Shown here: positions 29,314 through 41,260 of the stretch, one piece after another
Layout of the letters: the number at the start of each line of letters is the position of its first letter
Numbering within the stretch: position 1 is the first letter of the stretch
Assembly (NCBI GenBank): GCA_000934665.2
Contig: KZ538061.1
Location: 62,001-126,000 of the forward strand
Direction: 5' to 3'
From: Catajapyx aquilonaris
Taxonomy: Eukaryota
Length of the DNA stretch: 64,000 bases
Position numbers and translations under genes: made by a program
The notes under the pieces: model-generated
What the model was told of the DNA's origin: nothing
Database searches by the model: none
The model's input: the letters and a program-made list of their open reading frames with translations, nothing else

Positions 29314-29971
29314 ATGTTGGTCAAATATTTGGTGAGTACAACGAAGTTGCGTCTGCGGTCCTGCAATTCCGGTCACTATATAAGCGCCTTTGAAGTACTG
29401 TACAATAGAGGGTGATGTCATGCTTGTTGTCCGAAACCACTGTCCTCGTTGTAGCAGCAGGCAAATTTTTTTTGGCCGCAATTTGGACAATGGTCACTGG
29501 CCTCTGTATGCCCTCATAAAGCGATTATTAATAATTTTTCTTGCGGTTAGCGAAGGATGCGACGTGTGCGATTGTGTTTTTTTTTGCGTTATCATGTCCG
29601 TGAGTTGCGTTTTCTTAAGTACGATTACTTCTAGAGTCATGGCCGTAAAGAGACTTTAATTAGGTGCCCCCTACTAGGACTATCCTATTGCGATGACTTT
29701 TTTTTTGAATGGTGCTTTCTAATGTTCTGATTACTTCCTGCAGATTGTGGTTGCTTTTATATTACTGGCGATCATGGGAAGTGTTCAAGAAGTGGAAGGA
29801 ACAAAGCTGAAGAAGAAGTTAAAAAAGTTGAAGGGAAAATTGAAGATCAAGGGTAAAAAGGGTGGTGGTGGAGGATGGAAGAAGGCAAAAGGTGGTGGTG
29901 GATATCACGGATGGCACGGAGGCGGAGGAGGAGGAGGGGGAAAGAAGAAGTACAAAAAGTGGAAGGGATGA
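29314..29971 (+). CDS. Secreted extremely Lys/Gly-rich cationic peptide precursor, 81 aa (cluster gene 2)
   Basis: TATAAAA 29204-29210. Exon1 29314-29331 MLVKYL|gtgagt, exon2 29744-29971 IVVAFILLAIMGSVQEVEG-TKLKKKLKKLKGKLKIKGKKGGGGGWKKAKGGGGYHGWHG8KKKYKKWKG*. Confidence 0.88.
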
Positions 29972-30530
29972 AACACTATATCTGCACTATAATGCACTAC
30001 TAATGCGATATAACCACTGCCTAGCATATAGCAAAAATATGTGTGATGTTGAAACTCCAGTGAATGCATTTTGACATGTTACAGTACTGTAACTTTGCAT
30101 GTGTGCATTTGTCACACGCACATGCCTACATGCCATGTATAGCAGTTGTACTACTGCCATGTAATATCCATTTGTGTACCAATTTTCAAGCCTTTTTTGT
30201 GTTATAAAAGAGTGAAAAAAAATTGTGTCATCCTTTCACACAATAGTCTTACCACTACTAATATCCATGACCACTAGTGCAAATAACAATTTTTTAAACC
30301 TTCACTTCCTTTCGAAAAATATACGGAAGGAAGGAGTTTTGTGCAAAAACTATAGGGGGACACAGGGAGTGTTGAGAAGGGGGAATGAGTTTTTGTCACA
30401 TGATTCGACACACTGTGCAGCCGTCTATGCCTCGGGTATAAAAGAAAACGACGGACTCTGAGGACCATACTCACATAAAGCCCTCAGGAGCCTTTCACTT
30501 AAGTCAGGCTTCTTCAACAGACGCATCACA

Positions 30531-31626
30531 ATGAAGTTACTATCTCTGGTAAGTTAACATTTTCTTTAATTAGCTTGTAAGTTATATTCATATGCCGTAA
30601 TAGGCGTTAAGTCTCATTCTACTGTACTGATAGTGATTTACTTATTTGCAACAAAGCGATGTCAAATTGCGATTAGCGGTAACTGTCGTAAGATATAACC
30701 ATAATGTTGTGTGGTAATACCTGCCACATCTTTCTTACAAAATATGTCCCCCTGACCTATAGTAACAAAATAATGCAATAGGATTATCTTTAAAAAAACG
30801 TAATTAAGTAATCACGTGTGCCTGAATTTCCTTTTATGTCCAAATAAGCTAAAGTGTCTCAAAATCCAGCCTCTGCTGGGAGCACAATCAAGCTTTTATG
30901 CGACAAAATTTGAAAGGCACAGTTGAATGCCTAACCACACTTATTCACGCATTATTATTTCACCCATTTCTGTGTAAAGCGACATGCACGAACTACCCAC
31001 TTCCTGCAGAGCCGCTTACTGGTCTGTCACATTGCTCCAGATAGCTGCACCATGTGAAGACCTGAAACGCAGAACGATTACACTCACATTATGGTCTAAA
31101 TTGAGTCAAGCATTGTGCAATATATTCCTTGGTACAGTCCATCGCTCCATATAATTTATAGACCTCCAAATAAATGGGTGAAAAAATATCATTCTATCTT
31201 GCTGCATCTTCAAGTCCATATTACTCAGAAATTAATAGAGCGATTTGTTCCCACCAGATTCTGGTCCTCCTGGGCGTCATCTCTGCGGTGGTGGCCAGCT
31301 CCTACTCCCTGGAAGATGTGGTAGCCCTGGAGTCGGACTTGCCAACCCTTCTTCGTGTCAGGAGAGGCGGGAAGGGAGGCGGAGGAGGAGGAGGAGGAGG
31401 ATATGGTGGGGGTGGCGGGGGCGGGGGCGGGGGTGGTAAGAAGGGAGGCGGAGGAGGAGGAGGNGGAGGCGGAAAGAAGGGAGGCGGCGGCGGCGGCGGT
31501 GGCAAGAAGGGAGGCGGAGGAGGAGGCGGGAAGAAGGGAGGTGGCGGAGGAGGTGGTGGCAAGAAGGGAGGTGGAGGCGGCGGCGGTGGCAAGAAGGGAG
31601 GCGGCGGTGGCGGGTGGAGGGGGTAA
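30531..31626 (+). CDS. Secreted poly-Gly/Lys peptide precursor with RVRR site, ~128 aa (cluster gene 3)
   Basis: TATAAAA 30437. Exon1 30531-30548 MKLLSL|gtaagt, exon2 31258-31626 ILVLLGVISAVVAS-SYSLEDVVALESDLPTLLRVRR-GGKG9YG...(KKG6-9)n-WRG*. AATAAA ~31683. Confidence 0.9.
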
Positions 31627-33373
31627 CCGCACTCGCCCCCATGTGAATGAGGGAGAGGCACCTATTCGGCCAAGTGGTATTTAATAAAGTGCTCATTGAC
31701 CATCGCAGTGTGTTTTTATTTTGAGGGGTTGACTTTCACATCGGAATCCCTTGTTTACACCAGCCTGTGTGCCGCTGTTGGTCGTGACTCATGCAATCCA
31801 ACAGGTGATTTAGCATGCGTCCTTACCAGCTTTTGTTTGCCTGTTGCAGATACTTGCACAGCGTGAAAGGGGTTAAAGGCGAATTATATTATGCAAGAAC
31901 TCTTGAAAACATTGCGCTAATAATAGTGGGAGGTACAGGATAGTCATCATCGCAATTTGTGTACTCGGAGGTATCACACTTTGATGCTCGAATTTGCAAT
32001 TTACAGTGAGAATAGGACAAGCTCTTCGTTTCCAGTTCACTGTTCAGGCTCAAAACAATAGCAAATGTTTGGGAAACGGAGTGGAGAAGTAACAATTGTT
32101 TCTTGATGTATGTAATTAATTTTCTGGAAAATTGAATTGGTGGGATTATCTTGTAGACACGTATCGTAATTGGACGGTGTTATTCAATAATGTGTTAACC
32201 TACACAAATGTATTGAGCTAATCCCTGGAACATATGCCCAAAGGATCGTACTTCATTCAGTTAAAATCAATCGGCTGACGAAATCTGCCTACTTTTGCTG
32301 TAAATGACCGAAAAGGACGCGGAGTTAATTTCACAGGTGTGGACATTCGAAGCCCGTTTTCTCAAAACTGTTCCCATGTGGGTTGACGCGTTATTGCATA
32401 ACACCGTCCAATTCATTCGTCACATTTTTCATATACAGCGTGTTCAAGAATTCATCTGCCAAAATATGGGTGGTAGGGGGTGCATATGGCAAAGGCTGAA
32501 AAGCGGTCGACGCTACATATAGACGTCGAACTTGGACGTCGACGAAATTTATCCTGACAAGTATGGATTCCCCCGTGCATACCTGCATCGCTGGTTGCCG
32601 GGCCAGGCCGGTTGAGCAACGGTCTGGGAGTGCAAGCGCCTGACCCTGGCAACCAGCAATGCAGGTATGACTGTTTGGGAGTATCCATACTTGTCAGGAT
32701 AGCCATCGCGGCGTCGACGTCAATGTCGTCGCCCATGCCATGCTGCTTCCATACGCATCCCCTATACCACGTGTATCATTTTGGCACATTAATTCGTGAA
32801 CACGCTGTATAAGAATTAGTCAGCTGTGGAAGAGATGCTAGTTTACCCCATTTATGAACTTTGAAAAACATACATTCATTTCAATAAATCATTTAAACAA
32901 ACTAGCCTCCTAAAAACTCTAAATATTAAATCAAATATTAATAGATGAGTGTTAACTTTGGATCAACTCCCAAACGACATGAACAGCATGTCTCGCTAAC
33001 TTTGTCGCACCTAACAAAGTAAAATCACTCGGGTCACAATAATTGCAACCAACTCAAATTCGTGACAACATTGTGTTCTTATCATAATCACATAAAAGTA
33101 CAAAATAATAATAAGATCAGGTAAAAATTATACTAAAGAGATAAGGCAATAATATTGGTGTCGTTGTTACTTGTTATGATGTGCGCACCACTTCTTAGGA
33201 TTAAGATATTATAATCTACTACAAACAAAGCATTATTATACCCACGTAATGGGAACGTGAGGTTAAATTACCGATTTCAAGACCAAAAGGCTGGGGGGCA
33301 TAGTGAGATAAGTGTTTTTTAATGTTCACATGTCCTTATGTGAGTGCATGGTACATAATATATTGTCAGTTAC

Positions 33374-33632
33374 AGGGGCGACACGGTAATGCTGTAGTTA
33401 AGCCACAGCCTTCCACCTCTGAGGTCCCAAGTTCAATCACCGGCTCTGGCAGAGGATTTTTTCACAGGAAACTAGTTTTGATAAATTCTGTGTATTCCCA
33501 TAGGATATCTCTGGATTCTCTCGCATATCTCCCCACTGCACTGTCACAATCCATAAGCGAATAGCAGAGTGTAATACATTTCAACACAGATCCACATAAG
33601 GCCATAGACCTGTGATATGTACCTAATAAATT
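33374..33632 (+). mobile_element. Probable degenerate tRNA-derived SINE
   Basis: Head ggggcgacacggtaatgctgtagttaag...gaggtcccaagttcaatcaccgg resembles pol III A/B boxes, with a possible end near aataaa ~33625. No target duplication identified. Confidence 0.4.
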
Positions 33633-34929
33633 ATACATAGTCTATGTCTCTATCCTTTAAACGTTGTATAAAAATCTACAATTTCGTAATCTCAATATTT
33701 CATAACGATTCTAATACTAACGTTCACAATACTTAACATTTTGAATTGCCATGTACCAGAGCTGGTTGAACTCCTTGTTACATTTCTGAGACTTTATTCA
33801 GCACTTCCAAAGTGTATCTTTGCCTTTTTCATCCCACTCCTTGAATATGACTATGTTACTGCCTCACACCCGTTTTAAAACTATAATTAAAATATAAAAG
33901 CAGACACCACATAACTCTAGTCCGTTCATTACATTACCCTATATTCATATTTCGCCTGGCCTCCTATTCTCGACAGATGCACATCTCTGAACATCACAGG
34001 CACAGCGCACTACGTGACCTAAATGATTATAAACTTTTTGTTCTGACGCACCTTTGCTGGCCTGACCATGTCCTTGTCTCATGCCATATCATCTTATGAA
34101 CTCATACTTCACGTTAAGGGCCAATGCCAAAAGAAATTGATAGATGAGGCATTGAAAATCAATGACGCACGAGTCCATCTCTACCTTCCTCCAAATTAAC
34201 CTCCTCAAAAGTTTACAAACATATTTCTAAAAATCATCCAGTATTGAAGGAATATTAATTTTAAAAAATTAACACGACGCATCCGCAGTGATTGTCTCGA
34301 ATATTTCCGTGACACACAAGAGCTGAGGCAAACGGCACACATTTTCAATACGGCCACGGCCTTCTGGAACATCATTCTTGCAGCCCTACAAAGGACAATC
34401 CATGTGATGATGAAACCCAGAAGAATGCATTTTGACATCACCTACTGATTACGTGCCTTCGCATGTGTCACTTTGTATATGCACCCAAAAAATTGGGAAA
34501 GGTCATGTAGGCTACTGCATGTCACGTAGAGTAACATGCGAAATTATGTAGCCCATATTCTATAAAGTGCGCATCATAAAGCGTGTGAAAATCGTGTCAG
34601 CCGACGCCTCCATTATCTTCTAATAATTAATGTCCATGACCGCGTGTCCACTGTCCCGCCAAATAATAATGCAAAAAAACAAAAGCGGTCATTCACTTCC
34701 TGTCAAAAATACGGAAGGAGGATTGTGCAAAAGTCTATGCTGGCAATGGGAGGGATTGCTGTGAATGTAAATGAGTTTTTGTCGCAGGATGTAACACACT
34801 GGGCAGTAGCCTTCAGTGAGATGGGTATAAAAAGGCGACAGACGTTGAGGACCATGCAGCACTCATCAAGCCCTCAGGAGCCATTCACATTGGATCCCGC
34901 TCCTTCGAGCGAGGCACTGATCCATCATC

Positions 34930-36146
34930 ATGAAGACTCTGTCTCTGGTGAGTTTTTCCATCGGCCATCATGACCCCTCTTGACCTGGTATTTTCTACTT
35001 ATTTATTTAGGGCGTTGTTAGTGCAATTTTACTACGAATAATAATCATTCTTAACATTAAACCGCAACACTCTGCTGCTGCAATTGCAACATTAATCCAA
35101 ATAATCAGTGTACTTTCCATAAAAAACTAAGCTTGCAGCGTTTGGAATATTCATTTGTAGCCCGTACGATAAATCCAGTGTAAAGTGTGCTGTAGTTGTA
35201 AAAAGTTTCGTAAAATCGTTGTCGTACCGAATATGATAGTACAAAAGTGCTGCTCTAAGTACCTAGAGATTACTTTAAAGGGACACTCAAAAAACAAGTT
35301 TGTCTCTAAAAATCGGGCAAGAAATCATGAATCCGAAGATGCCATCCGTTTTTCGCTACGCGGAACGGTAATCCCAGGGCGAGGGGTCAAAGAGGGGAAA
35401 TTCAAATAGTGCGCTAGAAGCTGGCCGTCGCCAGCGACGCCCTCGGGACCTTCGGAACTGGAGGGCTGCTCCCGCCTCCACGCGCGCTTAGGCCCATCCC
35501 AGGGCGGTGCAGCCCTCCAGTTCCCCTGTTCCCCGCGTGGCGGCGCCGCTCATTAACAGACGGCACACTTTGACACATCGCCCTGGGATTACCGTTCTGC
35601 GTAGCGAAAAACGAATTGCACCGTCGGATTCAGAATTTTTTGCCCAATTTTTAAAGCCAAACTTGTTTTTTGAGTAGAGTGTCCCTTTAACGTATCTAGA
35701 ATATCATGATTACTGACTGATTTCGAAGTGCCTTTCGCCAATAATGTCAACCCTCTATTGCAGTTGCTGTTGTTCCTGGGTATCTTATCCGTAGTGGTGG
35801 CTAGCTCGTATTCCCAGGATGATGTGGTAGCCCTGGAATCGGACCTCCCGACCCTCCTGAGAGTCAGGAGAGGCGGCAAGAAGGGAGGCGGAGGAGGCGG
35901 AGGATATGGTGGTGGCAGAGGAGGCGGCGGAGGGAAGAAGGGAGGCGGCGGCGGAGGAGGATGGAGGAAAGGGGGAGGTGGAGGAGGGGGGAAGNNNNNN
36001 NNNNNNNNNNNNNNNNNNNNNNNNNNNNNNNNNNNNNNNNNNNNNNNNNNNNNNNNNNNNGGGGAGGTGGAGGCGGCAAGAAAAAGGGAGGGGGTGGCAG
36101 AGGTGGTGGTGGGAAGAAGGGAGGCGGTGGTGGCTGGAGGGGTTAG
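34930..36146 (+). CDS. Secreted poly-Gly/Lys peptide precursor with RVRR site, paralog of gene 3; assembly gap inside the repeat (cluster gene 4)
   Basis: TATAAAA 34826. Exon1 34930-34947 MKTLSL|gtgagt, exon2 35764-36146 LLLFLGILSVVVAS-SYSQDDVVALESDLPTLLRVRR-GGKKG7YGGGR...[N gap 35995-36060]...KKGGGGGWRG*. AATAAA 36195. Confidence 0.87.
35279..35686. mobile_element. Kolobok-type non-autonomous DNA transposon (MITE), 408 bp, in the intron of gene 4
   Basis: TTAA|AGGGACACTC... and ...GAGTGTCCCT|TTAA. Imperfect TIRs of ~105-110 bp extend to cggtaatcccagggcga / tcgccctgggattaccg, around a GC-rich core. A TTAA target with purine (AG) termini fits Kolobok rather than piggyBac (CCY termini). Confidence 0.8.
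35995..36060. other. Assembly gap (Ns) within the Gly/Lys repeat of gene 4
   Basis: 66 N bases. The reading frame differs across the gap, so the true gap length is unknown. Confidence 0.95.
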
Positions 36147-36353
36147 AATGAACCTCTCACCTCTATTGTAAGATTAACATGGCCAAATGTATTTAATAAA
36201 ATTCTCCTGGATCAGTTTTATATTTTTATTTCTAGCTGCCTGTTAGTGAATAGCCTACAGCACATAAAAAAGCGAAGATCAGATACAAATTATCCATGAC
36301 GCCCACAAATATTGAAGCAGAAAAATTATAATGGCTCCAGGCACTGGGCCGCG

Positions 36354-37151
36354 TTAGACGTAGTAGTAGGCCGGGTAGGCCGAGTAGGCGGCGTAGCCGT
36401 GATGGTATGATGGATAGTACGTCGAATAATAGGTCGGCACGGTGTAGGCGACGTGGGCCACGTGATGGGATGTCTCCTGGTTCTGCAGGGTCTCAACGGG
36501 CTTGGCGGCGTCTCCTTCGGCGGACTCAGTGGCCATCACGGCGGTGAGGGCCAGAGCCAGGACAAACTGAATGCACAGATAGCATGAGAATTAGGCCCTA
36601 CAAATCAATATTAAATAACATATATGCATGGATTGTTATGTTTTTTCCACATATTTTGGATTTGAAAAATGTGGTGTTGCCCATTTCTAACTTGAACTTT
36701 AATACTTAAAAGGAGGACGGCCCGACAATAGCCTCTCGTCATAATACCCATTTCTAACTGGGAAAGGTTGCCATTCAGTTTTTGCTCTTAATTCATTGGC
36801 GTCATATTGATTATACAGGGCCTAGAGCACTTTTCAAATTATAATGTATGTGGTCCTAAGGTTTGACATGTTTTAGCACGTTGGAAATTTTGAATCTAAG
36901 TTATTGTAATATGGTGTAAAGTAATATTGCAATTTTACCCTTAATACAGTACAATCGGCTGTACAAGTTATGTCACAATATCCGAGCTAAGAAGATAATT
37001 ATGTATCTCAGTCTTCTTTCATATGGGATTGCTTAAAAACTTTACCAAGTATTTCCTAATCCCTTTAGATACAAAACACCAGTTTTAACAAACAAATTAA
37101 ACATTAACCACACAACCGCCCCCAAAACCTACTCACCAGAAACTTGTACAT
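36354..37151 (-). CDS. Secreted Tyr/Ala/His-rich peptide precursor, 75 aa, cuticle-protein-like low complexity (cluster gene 5)
   Basis: TATAAAA 37225-37231(-). Exon1 37137-37151 MYKFL|gtgagt, exon2 36354-36566 FVLALALTAVMA-TESAEGDAAKPVETLQNQET-SHHVAHVAYTVPTYYSTYYPSYHHGYAAYSAYPAYYYV*. AATAAA(-) 36225-36230. Confidence 0.88.
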
Positions 37152-39783
37152 GATGATCTGTATAGTGTAGGATACTCCTAGGCTACTTGTATAATAGTGC
37201 GTGAGGAAAACCGCTCCAGATCACTTTTATACATTTTGATTTAGCCGGAAGGTAATGTCCTTGATGAGATATCTACTTTTGCTGGAGTCTTCCCATATTT
37301 CCGTCCCACTCATAGTCTCATCCTAGTCCCTGACCATGATTTTTGTTACAGCAGACTGCTAAACCACGCCCTGCGAAACTAGAGGATATGCTCAAAGCCA
37401 CCACCCTACCTTCAGGAAGTCTTGTTTTTCCAAGGCCTTGGCCTAAGGCTTGGCAGCACCCCCTTCTGCCATGTGTATGATTCCGATTGAAGGAATCGCT
37501 CAGGACCACACCCGTCATAAATATATTATGAAATAGGCTAATTGGTGTGCGATCATAATGCTTGTCCAGTATATAGGTATATTGGGGTTGGCATGAGTTC
37601 AAATCGGAGCACATTTTTAAATGAGCATATAATATTAATTACTCTGATGTACTGATGTAATACTACTATGCTGACGATAATATGTATGCAATATAATATA
37701 TTATTTTATGCTTGCGCAATGAGACAACACTATCATGCCTAGATCATAGGGACTGACTCCTTGTAGTGCTTCGAAAATAACCTTACGAATTATTATCTGA
37801 AGGACCTTCGCCCGTCATTATTGTGCCACTGAACCAAGTCGACGAACCGATTAAGGAGTCAGGCATTCAAGGACTACTTTTGACCGTGACAGTGACCATT
37901 CAGGTACTCGCATATAGGTGGACGTTGCTTTGTTCATTCCCAACTTGAGGTGTGCATAAATAAACCATGATTTTAGGTCGGCAGATGGACGCCTCTCATT
38001 AACATGATTGTGCAGTCAAATTTGGTAGTGTTTGGGAAGAAGATTTTAAATCGTACAGCAGTTTGTACTGTTTGTTTGTTTCCCTCATTTAAAAAGTCAA
38101 TATGAGTGTGGCGCCTAAAGTAATTGGCTCTATGTCTGTCTGCGTGCCTGGGAGGCGCCACCAACAATATGAATGGAATATTAGCCTGATACTGAGACAC
38201 TCGTTGTGGTAACCATTATCACTTTCAACGTATGTTTCTGACAAGTGCAATAATCTCAGTGCTATATATAATTCAGTTAACTAAATAAAATTTCAGGTAT
38301 TTCCAACAAAATATAAGTCTAAAATCATCAAAGATTATAATTAATAGGCCTACGATGTAATTGCTTTTTCAAAGTACAGTATAGCCTATGTAATCACATT
38401 GCGCCAGTATAGAGTTCTAGACTATTCTCTGAAGTAATTAATGAAAATGTTTTGCACAGTCCTTTTTAATTATTAGATTTTGCGATTTTGAGCGTAAGAA
38501 GATTTTTCTTGGGCATTTTCATGCATATATCAAAAAAGGACGAGAATTCTCATTTTTTGGCATTGTGCACGGAAGCTCGAAAATATTCGATGACTGCTGC
38601 AGAACAATCCTATACAAGGAAGTTAGTAGTTCAAGAAGGTGAGAAAAAAGTGGCAAGTTGCCATCACACACTTTTCTCTCCTTTTTAATGGTATGCATAT
38701 ATGTTTGGTAATGACCTTGTCAGTACTTCGTTCACATCAAGGTTACGCACGAGTTCGTTGCCTAATTACATGTAGACCTAGAATGTGAAAAGCGGAAAAG
38801 GCACTGTTTTCTACGATTACTGAAATAACTGCATTTAAGATTTTAAGAGAAGACATTAAATTTTAGGGTCTTGAATAGTGTAACTTGCGATTGTCCTAGA
38901 CACCTTGATGACTAAAATGAGATAATTTCTGGAGCAGTGGTCAGATGCAGGCTAAAAAGAACTCATCCAGGCGTGACCAGGAAAACTGACGAGAATCTTG
39001 AAGAGCGTGAATAAGATTGTATAATAATGCCAATTTTTATATTAATCAAATTGTTGCCAACAAAGTTCAACTGCAATAATTATTTTTATTATTGTTGCTT
39101 GTTCCGTAGTCCAGCTCAAACATTCGTGTCAATTGCAGTGATTATTACTGTCGTCAAAAACATCCGATGATAAGCCCTATAAGGTAAGGCCGAAGTGCAG
39201 TAGTGATAGTTATTCAGTACTTATAGAGCAGAAGATTGCATCATATACTGCAATTTTATGGCTGTAAATAAACCCTCCTTTTACTATATTCCAGGGCCTC
39301 CAATGCTGTTCACTCATTGCATGTCACACATATTTGATGTTAATTAGTGTGTATGATCTATCATAAATTCATAATGTAACTGGATAGCAGGTGAAAGAGA
39401 AGTGAAGGCAAGTCCTCTACTATATACTGTCATGATGTGTAATACATTATTAATGTTCAAAATACTATCTCACTAGTATCGCCACGCCCTCTTGCAAAAG
39501 ACTAGCCCCAGGCATATCGTGTATACCGTATGTTATAAAACACAGAAGGAACTTGGTGTTATTTTTTTACAACATCAGTTGCAAATGTCTGCCTTGTCTC
39601 CATATACGACTTGCAAAATAACTTACAATATATTACTGATTGAGGTATTAATGGTGACGTTATTATAATTTACCTTGAGAAAACATGAGCAATGGGAAAA
39701 TCAAAATATGCATATATGAACTATTTATTTTAAGCGTAATAGGTATACACATGGCTACTGAGATCTTTGACGAGAAAACGAGC

Positions 39784-40317
39784 TTAAAATATGCAAGGAG
39801 TGTGTTGTGAATTTTTTGCAAAGCAGTCCATCAGCCAGGGAAGTATGGGCCGCACGTTCCTAGCAGAAACCCTGTAGATTTCGGTTTCTTCATGGAGGTT
39901 TCTGGGTCGAAAGCCATCTTGTAATATTCGGGCCATCTCCACGGCGCACACGCAGAGAAGAAAGCAGATAGTGATTTTCTGAAAAACCCGAAAAATCTTT
40001 TGCAAACCAAACCTGTCTACAGTACCTTCACAGTACCCTGAAACAAATCATATTTTATCGTACTCATTTTTTACGGAAGAAATAAATAACATAATTTTGA
40101 CTGTTGATTATGTGCAAGATAGAGTGATATGTAAATCTGCTGTAGTAGGCAGCACCTTTGAATATAGTCTGTATATTACTTCACATTATTTTAGTATTTC
40201 CTTGTGGCATCACCTTCAACAAGCACTTCATTTTATGACTACAGGCTGCCATTTTTGAACCATCAATATTCGTCCATTGCTAAAATTTACTGTGAAAAAA
40301 TCACTTACCCAGCTCAT
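39784..40317 (-). CDS. Secreted peptide precursor with C-terminal Cys-x9-Cys loop, 67 aa (cluster gene 6)
   Basis: TATATAAA 40399-40406(-). Exon1 40309-40317 MSW|gtaagt, acceptor gggtttttcag, exon2 39784-39978 KITICFLLCVCAVEMA-RILQDGFRPRNLHEETEIYRVSARNVRPILPWLMDCFAKNSQHTPCIF*. Confidence 0.72.
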
Positions 40318-40857
40318 CTTTGCAATTTTCACACTCTCGCAGTCCGTTCGCGCAGAAAACCAATTCAGCTGTGCTGCTGGTTTGACTAGTACAGGGTGTT
40401 TATATAGCTGACTTGGGGTCGTTTACCCCTTATACCCTTCATGTTGAAAAAAAAGAAGTTATAATCATCCAGCTCTTCTTTTCCCTAATGATAGACCCGT
40501 TCTTTCACCCAGGGATTATGTACTGTCTAAACCAATTGGTCTTCCCAGCCAACCAACAATCACGATTACTGCTATAAGATGGTTGGGTCTTTAGCCGTGG
40601 CCAGAAGGTGCTATCCCCCAACCTCCTACCATAACCCCCCATACCCCTCAGGCATCAGACAGACGGAGGGGCAATCAACCGTTGCCATCATCACAACCGG
40701 TCAGGACAGTTACATGCATTCAAACTGCTGATGATGCTCCATCCGCAGTGGACCGTGGAACTGCGATTAATTTTATTGCTTTCTAGGAAAAGCGTACATT
40801 GATAATAAATAAAGCGACAACATTCATTTCCTGACGTCGGCGATAAAAGTTTTGAGA

Positions 40858-41260
40858 TTAGTAGTAGAGACGATGATAGTCACGCTTCCCAAAGGCGTTT
40901 ACACGTGCAAATCCAAAGCGGCTTCCGTGTTTGCGGCTGGGTTGTCGCCGGTGTGACGATTGTCGTGTGATACGAGCAGGGTTACACCCACTGGGGACAG
41001 GCGACGACTCGACATCGTCCACGGCAGCCAGAAGAAGCACCAGACTCAAAATGCTCCAAATGATCTAATTAAATGCAACAAAGTTAGCCTTCTCATTATG
41101 CTTATTCCAATTTTTATAAGGTCCAAATGACATCATTTTGTAACCATTCTTACTGAAATTTGCTTGGCACTGAAAACACTGATGATGCCATTTGCACCTT
41201 AAAAAACCAGAGAGTCTGCAGTTCCAAAACTTTTTATAAACTTACCTTATAGAAGTCCAT
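40858..41260 (-). CDS. Secreted Arg-rich precursor with dibasic sites and GKR amidation signal, 73 aa (cluster gene 7)
   Basis: TATAAATA 41329-41336(-). Exon1 41246-41260 MDFYK|gtaag, exon2 40858-41064 IIWSILSLVLLLAAVDDVES-SPVPSGCNPARITRQSSHRRQPSRKHGSRFGFARVNAFGKRDYHRLYY*. AATAAA(-) ~40773. Confidence 0.8.

Noticed and set aside
31225..31696. Poly-Pro, Ala-rich and Glu/Ala ORFs around gene 3 (likewise near 35864-36151, 48064-48453, 56762-57142)
   Set aside because: Antisense or alternative frames of the Gly/Lys repeats.
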